Source: Alphaproteobacteria bacterium
Lineage (GTDB): Bacteria; Pseudomonadota; Alphaproteobacteria; UBA828
Assembly: GCA_965220745.1 (NCBI GenBank)
Contig: CBDCQT010000010.1
Span: forward strand, 320,001 to 384,000
DNA length: 64,000 nucleotides
Direction: 5' to 3'
The notes below the pieces were generated by a model, which was given only the letters and a program-made list of their open reading frames with translations, was not told the origin of the DNA and did not search any database. The translations under genes were made by a program, and so were the position numbers. Below, piece by piece: positions 20,666 through 32,231 of the stretch. Numbering within the stretch: the stretch's first letter is position 1; the number at the start of each line of letters is the position of its first letter.

Positions 20666-22278
20666 CCCGACCTATTCATGGACTGCCTTGCACTTGAGTT
20701 TCGATTGACGGGTCGCGTCGGGGCCTGACGCGGTTTGGCGCCGGGATCTGAGGTTGTTCGCTGCTGGGTTGAGGGTTTATGGAGCCTGGGTGATCGGGGC
20801 ACGCCGCCCCGTCGCTCAGGGGCCTGCTGCGGCGAGGCGACCTGCGAGCAGGCGGAAGAGAGCGGCGTCGGGACAGGCCGAGGCGAAGTGGATGCGGACG
20901 CGGGTGGCCTTCTCGATGACGCGGGCGCCGATCTTGAGGAGGCGCAGCCTGAGGGTTGCGAACTCTGCGCGGGCGAGGGGCGCGGTGCGGGGGATGGCGT
21001 CGCGCAGCGCGAGCATGAGCCAGTAGGCTGCGGTGTGCAGGACCAGCCTGAGCTGGTTGGCGAGCGGGCTCTGGCAGGAGGTGCGGTCCGAGGCGAGCTG
21101 GCCCTTGTGCATCTTGATCAGGTTTTCGGCCTGGCCGCGGGCGCAGTAGATGTCTTCGTAGAGGTGGCGGGGCTCGCCCTTGAGCGAGGTGACGACATAG
21201 CGGGCATCGAAGCCGCGCGTACTCGCCTCCAGCCGGGCCACGACCCGGCGTTCGCGGTCCCAGGAGCGGGCGGCGTAGGCGAAGGCGGCGAAGCTGCGCA
21301 TCCTGTCCGCGCCGGCCTCGGCGCGGCGCACCCGGACGTCGTCGGCCACCTCGTAGGCGAGAGCGTGGAGCGCGCGATTGCCGGCGAGGCCGAAGATGTA
21401 GTCGACCCCGTTCTCCTCGCACCAGGCCATGGCTTGCGGGCGGCCATAGTGGCTGTCTCCCCGGAAGACGATCCGGGTGTGCGGCCAGTGGCGGCGGATA
21501 CGGCCGACCAGATGCTTGATGAGGGTGCGGACCTCGGGCCCCGACGGCGTCTTGCCCGGACGCAGGAGAACCGCCACCGGCTTGCCGCTCTCCACATGAT
21601 AGACGTGGACGGGGAGGAAGCAGCGCGTGTCGTAGTAGGCGTGGAAGAGCGAGAGCTGCTGGTGACCGTGCACCGGATCGCAGGTGTCGTCGATATCGAG
21701 GGTGATGGCGGCAGGTGGGGCTGAGAAGGAGCGGCAGAAGAGATCGACCAGCGCCGCCGTCATGCGCGCCACCTCGATGCGAGAGGGCGCGTTCTCCAGG
21801 CGGCTCATGGTGGGCTGGGAACAGAGGTCACGGCCGTTCTCCGGCGCCTTCCCTGAGGCCAGCTTGAACAGCGGGTCCGTGCGCAGCGCGTCGCAGTCGT
21901 CGGCATCTTCGTAGCCACACGCAATGGCGAACATGCGGAAGCGCAGCATGGCCGAGAGCGAGTGGACCACCTGCGCCTGCTTGCGCCGGTCGCGGATGCA
22001 GCCCGCCAGGGTCTCGGCGAGACCTAAGCCGCGTTCCGCTTCGCGCAGCAGGACGAGGCCGCCGTCCGACGAGATCAGGCCGCCGTCGAAGGCGGCGCTC
22101 ACCTTCTTGCGCGCGACGGCTGGCAGATCGAAGGGGAGAAGGCTATCGTCGGTCATGGCGGGCGTGGCATTTTCGTTACTCGGAGAGGAAGACGCCTCGA
22201 CAACGAATTCCTATCCGATGGCAACGGCTTACGCTACGTCCGCCACCCCAAAACCAGACCCGCCACGAATAATCCGGG
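20666..22278 (-). mobile_element. IS1380-family insertion sequence, 1613 bp, flanked by a 4-bp CTAG duplication
   Basis: Terminal IRs CCCGACCTATTCATGG / CCCGGATTATTCGTGG (12/16); CTAG at 20662-20665 and 22279-22282. Confidence 0.92.
20816..22156 (-). CDS. IS1380-family DDE transposase (intact, 446 aa)
   Basis: FDGGLISSDGG, CGYEDADDCD, SQPTMSRLEN, TLDIDDT, RGDSHY, YCARGQAENLIK. Confidence 0.95.
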   Translation of the reverse strand: MTDDSLLPFDLPAVARKKVSAAFDGGLISSDGGLVLLREAERGLGLAETLAGCIRDRRKQAQVVHSLSAMLRFRMFAIACGYEDADDCDALRTDPLFKLASGKAPENGRDLCSQPTMSRLENAPSRIEVARMTAALVDLFCRSFSAPPAAITLDIDDTCDPVHGHQQLSLFHAYYDTRCFLPVHVYHVESGKPVAVLLRPGKTPSGPEVRTLIKHLVGRIRRHWPHTRIVFRGDSHYGRPQAMAWCEENGVDYIFGLAGNRALHALAYEVADDVRVRRAEAGADRMRSFAAFAYAARSWDRERRVVARLEASTRGFDARYVVTSLKGEPRHLYEDIYCARGQAENLIKMHKGQLASDRTSCQSPLANQLRLVLHTAAYWLMLALRDAIPRTAPLARAEFATLRLRLLKIGARVIEKATRVRIHFASACPDAALFRLLAGRLAAAGP

Positions 22279-22281
22279 CTA

Positions 22282-25200
22282 GACACCTTCGTGGAAGAGG
22301 AAGCCCCCATCGCCACGGCGGAGGAGGGCGAGCAGCGGCTGGTCATGGTGTTCGCCGGGCAAGGGACGCAGTGGGCCGGTTGCGGGCGCGACCTCTACGA
22401 GGCCCATCCCGTCTTCCGCCGCGCCATCGATGCCATCGACGAGCATTGGCGCGCGCACGCGAGCACTTCGTTGCGCGAGGCCTGCTTCACGGCTCCCCAA
22501 GATGAGCTCGACGAAGTTCAACTCGCCCAGCCCGCTATCTTCATGATTCAGTGCGCGCTGGTGGAACTGTTCAAGACCTGGGGCGTCTATCCCGACTGCG
22601 TGGTGGGACACAGCTCCGGCGAGGTAGCCGCGGCGTACGCGTGCGGCGCGCTTTCGCTCGCCGATGCGACGCGCCTGGTCTACCACCGCGCTACCCTGCA
22701 GCAGCGTGTGGCCGGCTCCGGTCGCATGCTGGCCATCGGCCTCGACCGGCCGGGCGTGGAGGACCTGCTGGACGGGCTGGACATCCCCTTCCGCCTCGAG
22801 GGCGACCGGTCCGTCCAGGTCGAGATCGCCTGCGAGAACGCACCGGCGAACACGGTGATCTGCGGCCGTGAAGACGACCTGCAGCCGGTGATCGAGGAGT
22901 TGGATCGGCGCAACCTCCAGAACCGGCTGATCCCAGGCAACATCGCCTTCCACTCCCGGGCGATGGACGTCATCAGGGACGATGCTTTCGACGCCCTCTG
23001 CTTCCTTGATGACCGTCCCTTCGACTCCGAGGTGCCATTCATCTCGTCGGTGACGGGTGCCGAGACGGAGCGGCTGGACAGCGCCTACTGGTGGTCCAAC
23101 ATCCGTCAGGCGGTCCGCTTCGCCGCGGCGATGGAGACCGTCAAGCGCGACCATCGGCCCGACGTGGTGCTGGAGCTCGCGCCTCACTCGGCCCTACAGC
23201 CCATCGTCGCGCAGTGCCTGGAAGACGCCGTATCGCCGCCCGTTTCCATTCCGACGCTGATGCGGGACACCGATACCTGCCTCGGCTTTCATGAGGCCCT
23301 GGGCAACCTCTTCAAAACGGGCGTGTCTCTGGACTTCCCGGCGCAGTATCCGCGCCCCGACCCCATCGTCCATCTACTGCCGGGGCACCCGAGAGACGAG
23401 CAGAAGACCGTCGACGACAGGCTGGACGACGAGTTTTTCCTGAAACAAGGCGACTACGCGCACGGCCCGCTGGTCGGCCACCGGATCGCGAGCGACCACC
23501 TCCTGTTCGAAGCGCGGCTCTCCGAGGCGGCCTTTCCGTGGCTGGCGGAACACCGTGTCCATCACGCGTCGATCATGCCGGCCGCCGGCTATATCGAGCT
23601 GATATTGCAGGCACTCGGCGGCGTTCCGGTCCATTTCGACGTGCTCGAGTTCCTGCAGCCCTGTCCCATCCCGAGGACACCTGTCAGGCTGCAAACAGCC
23701 CTTTATCCGGTTCCCAATTCCGACGGTGAATTCACCTTCCAGATTTCGACGTTGCCTTACGAGGTTGATCCGAAGAGCGAGCTGCACTGCCGCGGAAGAG
23801 TGCGCCTGATCAGCACGCGACCCGAGCTGGACGCACCGGAAACCCTGTCGGACCTGGACACGTCGGGCTACGAACCTCTTCAGTATGCGGCCGACGACGA
23901 AATCTACGAGCGTTTCGAAGTGGTTCTCGGGGAAACCTTCCAGTACGGCCCCCACTTCAGGAACATTCGGAAGCTCAGGCGTGAGCGGGAGACCGGCCGG
24001 CTCCTGCTGGATGTCGGGGTCGACGAGACGCTATGGACGGGCGCAAGAGAAGAGGGATATGTCTCCTTTCCGCCCCTCCTCGACGGCGGGCTACAGTCGT
24101 TTCTTTACGACCTGATGCTCGGCGCCGATCGTTTTGCCATTCCCCTGCGGGCCGAGAACGTGACGTTCCTAGGCGCGCCGACGGTGCCGCGCCTCGTTTG
24201 CCAACTGACCTATCCCGGCGGCAAGCGCTACGAGGTCGATGACAAGGGTCAATACAATGTTCCCAACGGCGAGTGGGTTTCCGGCCGGTTGAACTTCTAC
24301 GACGAGGCGACCGGTGCACTCAGCCTTCACGTCGAGAAGTACATCTCCTTCATCTCGTATCCCAGGCGAGTCGACCTGCCGCACAGCAAGCACCGTATCG
24401 CGTGGCAGCCGAAGTTCGTCGCCGATGGCCGCGCGATTGCGGAGCGGCTGCCCAAGGGCGAGATCGAACCATCGGCCCTGCTGGCCGCCCTGGAGCGGGC
24501 AGACGACACCGGCGGCGCCATGCGTGCCTGCCACGCACTGGAGTTCGCGGGCTCCAGGGAGCCGGAGCAGACGGTGCTTCAGACGTGCGTCGACCATCTA
24601 TCGCGGGAGGAGGCGCAAAGCGAGTTCTGGCTCGTCGCCGACGATGAGGAGGGCGCGCGGACGTGCTTTGACGCCTTCCATGCGCAAGACGCCGCGCTGC
24701 GCTTCGACTGCCTCGATCCCGGCGCGCCGCAGGCATCCGCGCTCGATACCGGCCTGCTGCGCTCCGGTGCGGCGGAAGTCCTGTTCCTCCACCACGATGA
24801 GGATGCGTTTGCGCCAGAGGACTGGCGGCTCTGGCGGGAGGTGGCGGTTGCGGGTGGATTGGCGCTGGTTTCCCACGCGGACAGCGCGATCATCGAGCCC
24901 GGCGCGGGCTGGACCGCGCTGAGGACGGGCCGGCGCGCGACGCTGCTTCAGGCGCCGCCGAAGCGCACGGACGATAGGAGCGAGACGCCTCTGCCGGCTC
25001 CCCGCTGGGTGATGGGGGCGCCCGATAGCCTGGCGGGGGCCTGGGCAACCTTGCTCGACGATCCTGCGGTCTATCCGATCCCCTTCGACAGCCTCTCGTC
25101 AGGCGACATCTTTGAGGTCGAGACGTGGCCGCAGGCGACGGACGTGCAGGCGATCGATGTGTTCTGCGACTGGGATCCGGAGGACCCGACCGGCGAGCGG

Positions 25201-27792
25201 GCGGTCTCGCAATTCGTCGCCCTGATTCAGTCGCTGGTGCCCTACAGGATGGACCAGGCCAGTTGCCAATGCCGCATCACCGTGGCGACCCGCAAAGCGG
25301 TGTTCGAGGCGGAAGATGCGCGCGGGAGCGCGCTCTGGGGGGCGGTGCGCACCATGGCCATGGAGGTCGGCGAGGAGGCCCAGCTCGATTTCCGCCTGGT
25401 GGATCTGGGCGCCGCCGATGATCTCGAAACGCTGGCGTGGATCGCGCGTCACGACCTGCGCGAGCGGGAGCTTGCTGTGCACGAAGGCCAATTGTGGGCG
25501 CCGCGCGTCGTAAGCAATCGTGATCAGCACCCGCGCGTCCCTGCCGGCGAAGACCCGCCCTATCGGCTCTTCCTGGATAACGCGGGGCAGATCGCCGGCC
25601 TTAGGATGAAGACCTACGACCCGCCGCCGCTGGCCCCGCACGCCGTGGAGATCGACGTCGCCGCGTCGGCGCTCAACTTCCGCGACGTCATGGTGACGCT
25701 CGGGCTGCTTCCGGCACTGGCCTACGAGCGCTCGGCGCTGGGCCGCGAGGTCGGCATGGAGGCGAGCGGCGTGGTCCGCCGCGCCGGTACGGCTGTGGAA
25801 GAACTCGAGCCCGGCGATGAGGTGGTCTTCGTCGACGGCGGCTGTATCGCCAATCGCACGGTGGTGGGGCAGCACCGCGTGTTCCCCAAGCCTGCGGGCC
25901 TTAGCATGGAGGAAGCCGCGTCGTCGCTCTCGGTCTACGTCACCGCCTACTATTCCCTGATTCACCTGGCCCGGCTGCGCAAGGGCCAGCGCGTCCTGAT
26001 CCACTCGGCCATGGGCGGCATCGGACAGGCAGCCATCGCGCTCGCGAACAACGTGGGCGCCGAGATCTACGCAACGGCGGGGAGCGAGAGCAAATGCAAC
26101 CAGTTGCTCGCGCTGGGAGTCCGGGCGGCCTTCGATTCCCACAGCGAGGATTGGTACGACGGGCTGATGAAGGCGACCGGCGACCAGGGCGTCGATGTCG
26201 TGCTGAACTCGCTCGCCGGCCGCCACGTTGCGCTCTGCCTGCAGGCGCTGAGGGCGGGCGGCTGGCATTGCGAGATCGGCAAGGTCGACATCTATGCCGA
26301 CAGCGCCCTCGGGCTCCGCGTCTTCCGCAAGAACCTGCGCTTCGCGGCCATCGATCTCGACCGCCTGATGGTGGACGACCCGCTGCTCTCGCGCGAGCTC
26401 TCCCAGGCCTGCCTCGACCTGCTCGATCGCGGCGTGGTGCCGCCGTTGCCGGTCACCGTCTTCTCCTATGGCAACTACGCGAAGGCGCTCCGCCTGATGA
26501 CCTCAGGCCAGCATCAGGGGAAGCTGGTGCTGAAGGCGCCGCCGGCGTCCACCGCCCCGGACTTCCCGATCGATGACCGGCGGCCACTGCTGGACCCCGA
26601 CGCGACCTATCTCGTGACCGGCGGCCTGGGCGGGTTCGGCCGGCGGCTCTTGCCCTATCTCGTGACGGCCGGCGCGCGCCATCTCACTCTGATGGACCGC
26701 GACCCCGAACGCCGTCGCAGCGAGTATTGGCTGCGTCACTCCACGACTCTCGCGGACGTGGGCGAAGGAGTCGAAATTGACCTGGTCCAGGGCGACGTTG
26801 CGATCGAGGCCGACGTGCGCCGCTGCGTCGCCAACGTGAAGAAGCCACTCAAGGGTGTGTTCCACCTCGCCGGCGCGCTGGACGACTGCCTGCTGGCGGA
26901 TCTGACGGCGCAGTCCATCGCCCGGGTCTTCGCGCCCAAGGCCAACGGCGCGCTCCATCTCCACCGTGCCACCCAAGGGCTCGCCCTCGATCACTTCGTC
27001 ATGGTGTCGTCGCTCTCGTCGGCGTTCGGCAATCCGGGTCAGATCAACTACGGCGCCGCCAACGCCTTCCTGGACGGCCTCGCCGCCTGCCGCCGCCGGC
27101 AAGGGCTACCGGCCCTCTCCTACAACCTGGCGGCGGTCGCGGATGCGGGCATGGCCGCGCGCAACCTCGGCCTGCTGCGATTGATGAAGGCCGCCGGCAT
27201 TCCCCCGGTGAGCAGCTATTGCGCCATCGCCAACCTCGACTATGCGCTCCGCACAATGAGCGATAGCGACCACCTGATCACCGCGCTCTTCAAGCGCGTG
27301 CTCTGGAGCGTCGATTCCCCCGACTATATGCGATCCGGCCGCCTGATGAGCAATCAGGATGCGTTCGCGGTCGGCACCGACGAGCAGCTGACGGTGGACG
27401 GAGTCATGGCGCAGATCGCGGCCAAGGTCGCCGAGCTCTGCGGCCACGACGAAGGCGGTCTGGAAGAGCCCCTCTCCAGCTTCGGGCTCAACTCCATCTC
27501 CGTCGCTGAGTTGGGGGCATTCATCCAGAGCGAATTCAACTTCCAGGCGAGCGCGCTCGAGTTGATGACCACGGCCTCGTGCCAGTCGCTGGCGCACGCC
27601 ATCGTCTTCGGTACAAAGAGCGACGAGGAGGCGGAAGCCGAGATGGACGGTGAAGACATCGACGATACGCCCCTCACGGCGCAGCGCCGCGTTCACCGCA
27701 GGCCCTCGGTGTTCGCCAGCCCGCCCGAAGACCACTTCCCGCAAGCGCCCTGTTCCGGAAAAGGCGCCGTGGGAGCCCTGGCCGCCGAGTAG
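22282..27792 (+). pseudogene. swfA: type I PKS/FAS (SwfA-like), 3' fragment: AT-DH-(degenerate MT-like region)-ER-KR-ACP
   Basis: AT FAGQGTQW, QCALVEL, GHSSGE, AFHS; DH WLAEHRV...MP; ER LIHSAMGGIG; KR GGLGGFG, LDD, YGAAN; ACP GLNSIS; in frame with the 5' fragment once the IS is removed. Confidence 0.87.
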
Positions 27793-27854
27793 CGCGATCC
27801 GGCGGCAGGGGAGCGGGCTTCGAATCGGCGCAGTGAGTATCAAGGCAAGGCAGC

Positions 27855-30350
27855 ATGGCCGACGCATGCGTTGCTGACCGGGCGGTGCCGCCTCTTATCG
27901 GCGAATTGCCGCCCCAATGCCGCAAGGACGTGGACGCGCTGCGTCGCGTCGTTCACGAGACGCTCGCGCAGGGTGCCCCAGCTGCAGCGGTGTCCCCAAA
28001 CGACTTTCAGGAGGTTTTTCTGACCGGCGCGACCGGTTTCGTAGGACGCTTCATGCTGCGCGAGCTCCTGCGGCAGAACGATCGGTTGATCGTGCACTGC
28101 CTGGTCCGTGCCGAGAGCGCCGAGCATGGGCTGGGGCGGATACGCGACGCACTGGAGTGCGCCGAGGTCTGGGAGGAGGAGTTCGCTCCGCGGCTGCGCG
28201 TGGTGCCCGGCGACGCCTGCGAGGAACGCTTCGGTCTAGGCGAGCCCGCGTTCGACGAGCTCTGCCGGCGGATCGACGCGGTCTACCATCTTGCCGCCAA
28301 CGTGGGCCTGGTCCTGTCCTACGCCGATATTCGCGAGGAGAACACGCTCGGCCTTCGTTCCGTGCTTGAGCTCTGCTTGCGGACCCGCCTCAAGCATCTG
28401 TTTTACGGCTCCACCATGGGAATTTTCCCGGCGTATTTCTGTGATTTTGGTGGAGAGCACAGCCGCAGCCGCATCGACGATCAGATGCAGCCCGACCTCG
28501 CCGACATGAAAATGACCTTTCCGCTCGGCGCCATCGGGTATCCGTGGAGCAAGCTGGTGGCCGAGAGAGGTGTGCTGTTCGCGCAGGCGGCGGGCGTGCC
28601 GGTCGCGATCTTTCGCCTGCCGCAGATGGGGCTTTCCAGCACGGGGTATACGCAAGCGAACGACCTTCCAGCCCGCCTGTTTGCCGCCGCGACGCAACTG
28701 GGAAAGGCACCGCATGGCTTTTCCATACAAAGAAACGCCGAGCCGGTCGACACGGTCAGCGAAATCTGTACGGCGATCTCGCTCAACCCCAACCGCCGCT
28801 TCACCATCTACCATTGCTGCGATCCAGAGCCCCCTTACGAAGATCTAGAGGTCGCCGATCTAGGCTACTATTGGCAAAGCGTTCCCTACGCATCCTTCAG
28901 ACGTTCGTGCCAGGCCCTCGGAGAGGAGTCTCCATTGCGCGGCCAGTGGGTGCTGATCGACCATTTCGCGCCCTACTGGTTCAGCGAGGACAAGGCCCAG
29001 CGCACGGCGATGGTCTGCGACCGCGCCATTCGGGCGGACTGCCCCCGCCCGATCAAGTGGCCGGCACTGCTGATACGCCATGCGCGTTCCTACGACTGGG
29101 TCAGGCGTCATCGGGAGGGATGGCCCTATCCGATTCCGCAGGGCCACCTGGACTTCGACGGTCTCATCGCTCAGGCAGAGCGCTTCGCCCAACGAATGGG
29201 CGTGCCCTTCGAGCCAACCTACCCTTCGTGGATGCGCGCCGGCCTCCAGCAACTCGTGGAGGCGCTGAAATCGCCGGAGGCCGGACTGCGGGACACGCGG
29301 CTCAGCCACATCATCTACGGACTGACCCGCGCACTCCGCAGCAATGCGGCGCTCGCCCGCGAACGGCGGCAGCACCCCGAGATCGAGCAGGAGCGGATCA
29401 CGCGGCCGGTCTTCATCGTCGGCATCAACCGCACCGGCACGACTTTTCTGCATCGCCTGCTGTCGCGCGATCCGCGCTTCTGGGCGCTACGGCGTTACGA
29501 GTTGACCGAGCCGGTGCTGCCCACTGGCGAGTATGCCACCGTCGCAGGCACGGCCGACGATCCCCGCCGGGCCTACGCGAAAGAGCTGTTGGGCGCGACC
29601 AATGTCGTCGATACGCTCGCTGGACTCCACCGCACCGATATCGACGAGCCAGAGGAGGACTTGTGGATACTCTGGCTTACCTTCTCGACCTGGATATTTG
29701 CGACCGCGTATCACGTACCGGCCTATGGCCGTTGGCTCGCAGAAACCGGGTCACGCAATGCCTACGCGCATCACCGGCGCGTCATGCAGCACTTCACCTG
29801 GCAGCGGCGGCAACGGGAGTCGGAAGGAGAGCGGCACTGGCTGCTCAAGATGCCTTTTCATCTCATAGAATTGGAGGTGCTGCTGGAGACCTACCCGGAT
29901 GCCGTCTTCATCCAGACCCATCGCGAGCCCGTCGAGGTTATGGGCTCGTGGAACAGTATAGTGGAGCGGATTCGAGGCTTTTCCACCGATCCGCGGCCTC
30001 CGCACGAGGCCGGCGCCGAGCAGTTGGCCTTCATGAGTGGCGTGCTGAACGGCGCGATGCAGTTCCGCGCCTCCAAACCCGCGCTCGAAGAACGCTGGGT
30101 CGACGTGCGCTATGTCGATCTGGTCGACGATCCGATGGCGGTCGTGAACGACATCTACGCGCGCCTCGGCTGGCCCCTGGAGGCGGCCTCCGCCCGCGCC
30201 ATGCAGGAGTGGCTCACGCTCCAAGAGGAGCAACGCCGGCAAGAGCCGCGGCACGAGTATCAGTTGGAGGACTACGACCTCACGCCGGAGGGCGTGAACG
30301 AGGCATTCGCGCCCTATCGCGAGTTTGTCGCGGCGCTCGGCATCGTGTGA
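27855..30350 (+). CDS. swfB: thioester reductase (R) domain fused to a PAPS-dependent sulfotransferase (SwfB-like)
   Basis: N-terminal VFLTGATGFVG, HLAA, GYPWSK (YxxxK); C-terminal FIVGINRTGTTFLHRLL (5'-PSB loop), LLKMPFH, THREP. Confidence 0.82.
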   Translation: MADACVADRAVPPLIGELPPQCRKDVDALRRVVHETLAQGAPAAAVSPNDFQEVFLTGATGFVGRFMLRELLRQNDRLIVHCLVRAESAEHGLGRIRDALECAEVWEEEFAPRLRVVPGDACEERFGLGEPAFDELCRRIDAVYHLAANVGLVLSYADIREENTLGLRSVLELCLRTRLKHLFYGSTMGIFPAYFCDFGGEHSRSRIDDQMQPDLADMKMTFPLGAIGYPWSKLVAERGVLFAQAAGVPVAIFRLPQMGLSSTGYTQANDLPARLFAAATQLGKAPHGFSIQRNAEPVDTVSEICTAISLNPNRRFTIYHCCDPEPPYEDLEVADLGYYWQSVPYASFRRSCQALGEESPLRGQWVLIDHFAPYWFSEDKAQRTAMVCDRAIRADCPRPIKWPALLIRHARSYDWVRRHREGWPYPIPQGHLDFDGLIAQAERFAQRMGVPFEPTYPSWMRAGLQQLVEALKSPEAGLRDTRLSHIIYGLTRALRSNAALARERRQHPEIEQERITRPVFIVGINRTGTTFLHRLLSRDPRFWALRRYELTEPVLPTGEYATVAGTADDPRRAYAKELLGATNVVDTLAGLHRTDIDEPEEDLWILWLTFSTWIFATAYHVPAYGRWLAETGSRNAYAHHRRVMQHFTWQRRQRESEGERHWLLKMPFHLIELEVLLETYPDAVFIQTHREPVEVMGSWNSIVERIRGFSTDPRPPHEAGAEQLAFMSGVLNGAMQFRASKPALEERWVDVRYVDLVDDPMAVVNDIYARLGWPLEAASARAMQEWLTLQEEQRRQEPRHEYQLEDYDLTPEGVNEAFAPYREFVAALGIV

Positions 30351-30424
30351 CTCTGCCGCTACCGCTCAACTAACATGAGTAATGGACTACCTCACGTGAC
30401 CGGGCCTGTGTGGGCAGGGGGCAC

Positions 30425-31849
30425 ATGACAGACCGTCTCGATCATGCTCCGGCCAACACTTCCGCCGCGGGATTTGCGACCGTGCGACCGCCGGAGGTGG
30501 CGGGCGCCTTCTACCCGGCCGATCCCGGCGCATGCGCCGATCTGGTGACGCGCTGCCTCGATGGCGCCCGACCGGCGCCACCGGGCGAGCCCAAGGTGAT
30601 CGTGGTTCCTCACGCCGGCCACGTGTATTCCGGCCCCATCGCCGGCACCGCATACGCGCCCCTCGCGAAACGGAGCGACCGCATCACGCGCGTCGTGATG
30701 CTGGGGCCCGCGCATCGCGTGGGCTTCGCCGGCGTGGCGACCGCCGCCGCCCACGCCTGGGCCTCGCCGCTCGGCACCGTCCCGGTCGACTGGCCGGCGA
30801 TGAAGCCCCTGCTTTCGCGGCCTGGCTTTCGCGTTGCCGATGCCGCTTTCGAGCGGGAGCACTGCCTGGAGGTGCAGCTCCCCTTCCTGCAGCGGGTACT
30901 GGATGATGTTGCGATCGTGCCGGTCCTCGTGGGCGACGCGAGCCAAGACGAAGTGGCTGAGATACTGAAGGCGCTCTGGGGTGGGCCGGAAACGCTGATC
31001 CTGATTTCCACGGACCTCTCGCACTTCCACGACTACGACGCGGCAAGACGGCTCGATGGCGAGACCACGAGACGGATCGAGCTCATGCAGCCGAAGGAGA
31101 TCGACGGCGAGCGCGCCTGCGGCTACCGGGGGCTCGGCGGCGCGCTCAAGCGTGCACAGGAACTCGATCTGCGGGTCACGGCGCTGGATGTCCGCAATTC
31201 CGGAGACACGAGCGGGACCAAGGACCGCGTGGTGGGCTACGGCGCCTTCGCGATGGAATACGCCGAGTCCGCCCGGCTCTCGGACGACGACCGGGATCGG
31301 CTTCTCGACGCCGCGCGGGCCTCGCTCGCTTTCGGGGTGGAGAACGGCCAGCCGAAGGCCGCGACTCTCGACGCCGACCTGTCGCCGGCGCTCAGGGCGA
31401 TGCGAGCCTCATTCATCACGCTCAGGGTCGCGGGCGAGCTCAGGGGCTGCTGCGGTACGATCGCCGCGCGAGAGCCGCTGCTGCTTGATGTCGCCGCCAA
31501 CGCCTATAAGGCCGGCTTCGAAGACCCGCGCTTCGGTCCGATGACGGCGGCGGAGCTTGGCGGAATCGATGTCAGCATCTCGGTGCTTTCGACTCCGCGC
31601 CCGATCCGCTTCGCCGATGAGGCCGACCTACTGCGCCAGATCAGGCCGGACCACGATGGCCTAGTCCTGGAGGACGGCGACCACCGCGGCGTGTTCCTGC
31701 CCAGCGTCTGGGAGCGCTTTCCGGTCGCCGCACAGTTCGTTGACCAGCTCAAGCGCAAGGCCGAAGTCGCGCCCGACCACTGGTCTCAGAGCTTGCGCGT
31801 TTCCCGTTTCACCGCAGAAAGTTTTGGCGGGCCTTTCCGCGCGGGCTGA
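30425..31849 (+). CDS. amrB: fused AmmeMemoRadiSam proteins B (MEMO1-like) and A (AMMECR1-like)
   Basis: VRPPEVAGAFYP, PHAGHVYSG, EHCLEVQLPFLQ, STDLSH, VVGY; then FITL...LRGCCG, DPRF, FLPSVW, LKRKA. Confidence 0.92.
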   Translation: MTDRLDHAPANTSAAGFATVRPPEVAGAFYPADPGACADLVTRCLDGARPAPPGEPKVIVVPHAGHVYSGPIAGTAYAPLAKRSDRITRVVMLGPAHRVGFAGVATAAAHAWASPLGTVPVDWPAMKPLLSRPGFRVADAAFEREHCLEVQLPFLQRVLDDVAIVPVLVGDASQDEVAEILKALWGGPETLILISTDLSHFHDYDAARRLDGETTRRIELMQPKEIDGERACGYRGLGGALKRAQELDLRVTALDVRNSGDTSGTKDRVVGYGAFAMEYAESARLSDDDRDRLLDAARASLAFGVENGQPKAATLDADLSPALRAMRASFITLRVAGELRGCCGTIAAREPLLLDVAANAYKAGFEDPRFGPMTAAELGGIDVSISVLSTPRPIRFADEADLLRQIRPDHDGLVLEDGDHRGVFLPSVWERFPVAAQFVDQLKRKAEVAPDHWSQSLRVSRFTAESFGGPFRAG

Positions 31850-31877
31850 GGCCACTGCCAAGAACATCGATGGCGTG

Positions 31878-31922
31878 CAGAAACAGGGACGACCGCCTCC
31901 AAGCTATGGAGGCAGCCGTCCC
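31878..31922 (-). terminator. intrinsic terminator on the minus strand
   Basis: 16-bp stem GGGACGGCTGCCTCCA/TGGAGGCGGTCGTCCC pairs fully only on the minus strand (two G-U pairs) and is followed by TGTTTCTG. Confidence 0.65.
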
Positions 31923-32231
31923 CCCTCGCTGGGCCCGCGTTCTGTCCTGGGCCCGGTCCCTCGTGTTCGTCTACGTGTGGAGCCTGGAAGCGTTCGCGAC
32001 CGGATAGGCCGACGCACGATCCTGTCGCGTTACGGTGTCCTGTCGCGCGAAGTACGGTCGATCATGTTGCCGTCTCCTCCGCTTGCCCCGCCCCTTTGTT
32101 CTGGGGCACGGACGACGAGATGCCTTCCTGCTCCACTCCTTGTGACCGGGCCGCTCTCGATGACGGCTCTCAGCCACGCGGTCGACAGTGCCTGGATGCC
32201 TTGATCCGGTCCAATACCGAATTCTCATGCA

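Noticed and set aside
18812-30425. GGGGGCACA direct repeat (18812-18820 and 30417-30425) as island att sites
   Set aside because: The right copy is the amrB RBS/start region, and a G-rich 9-mer match is plausible by chance
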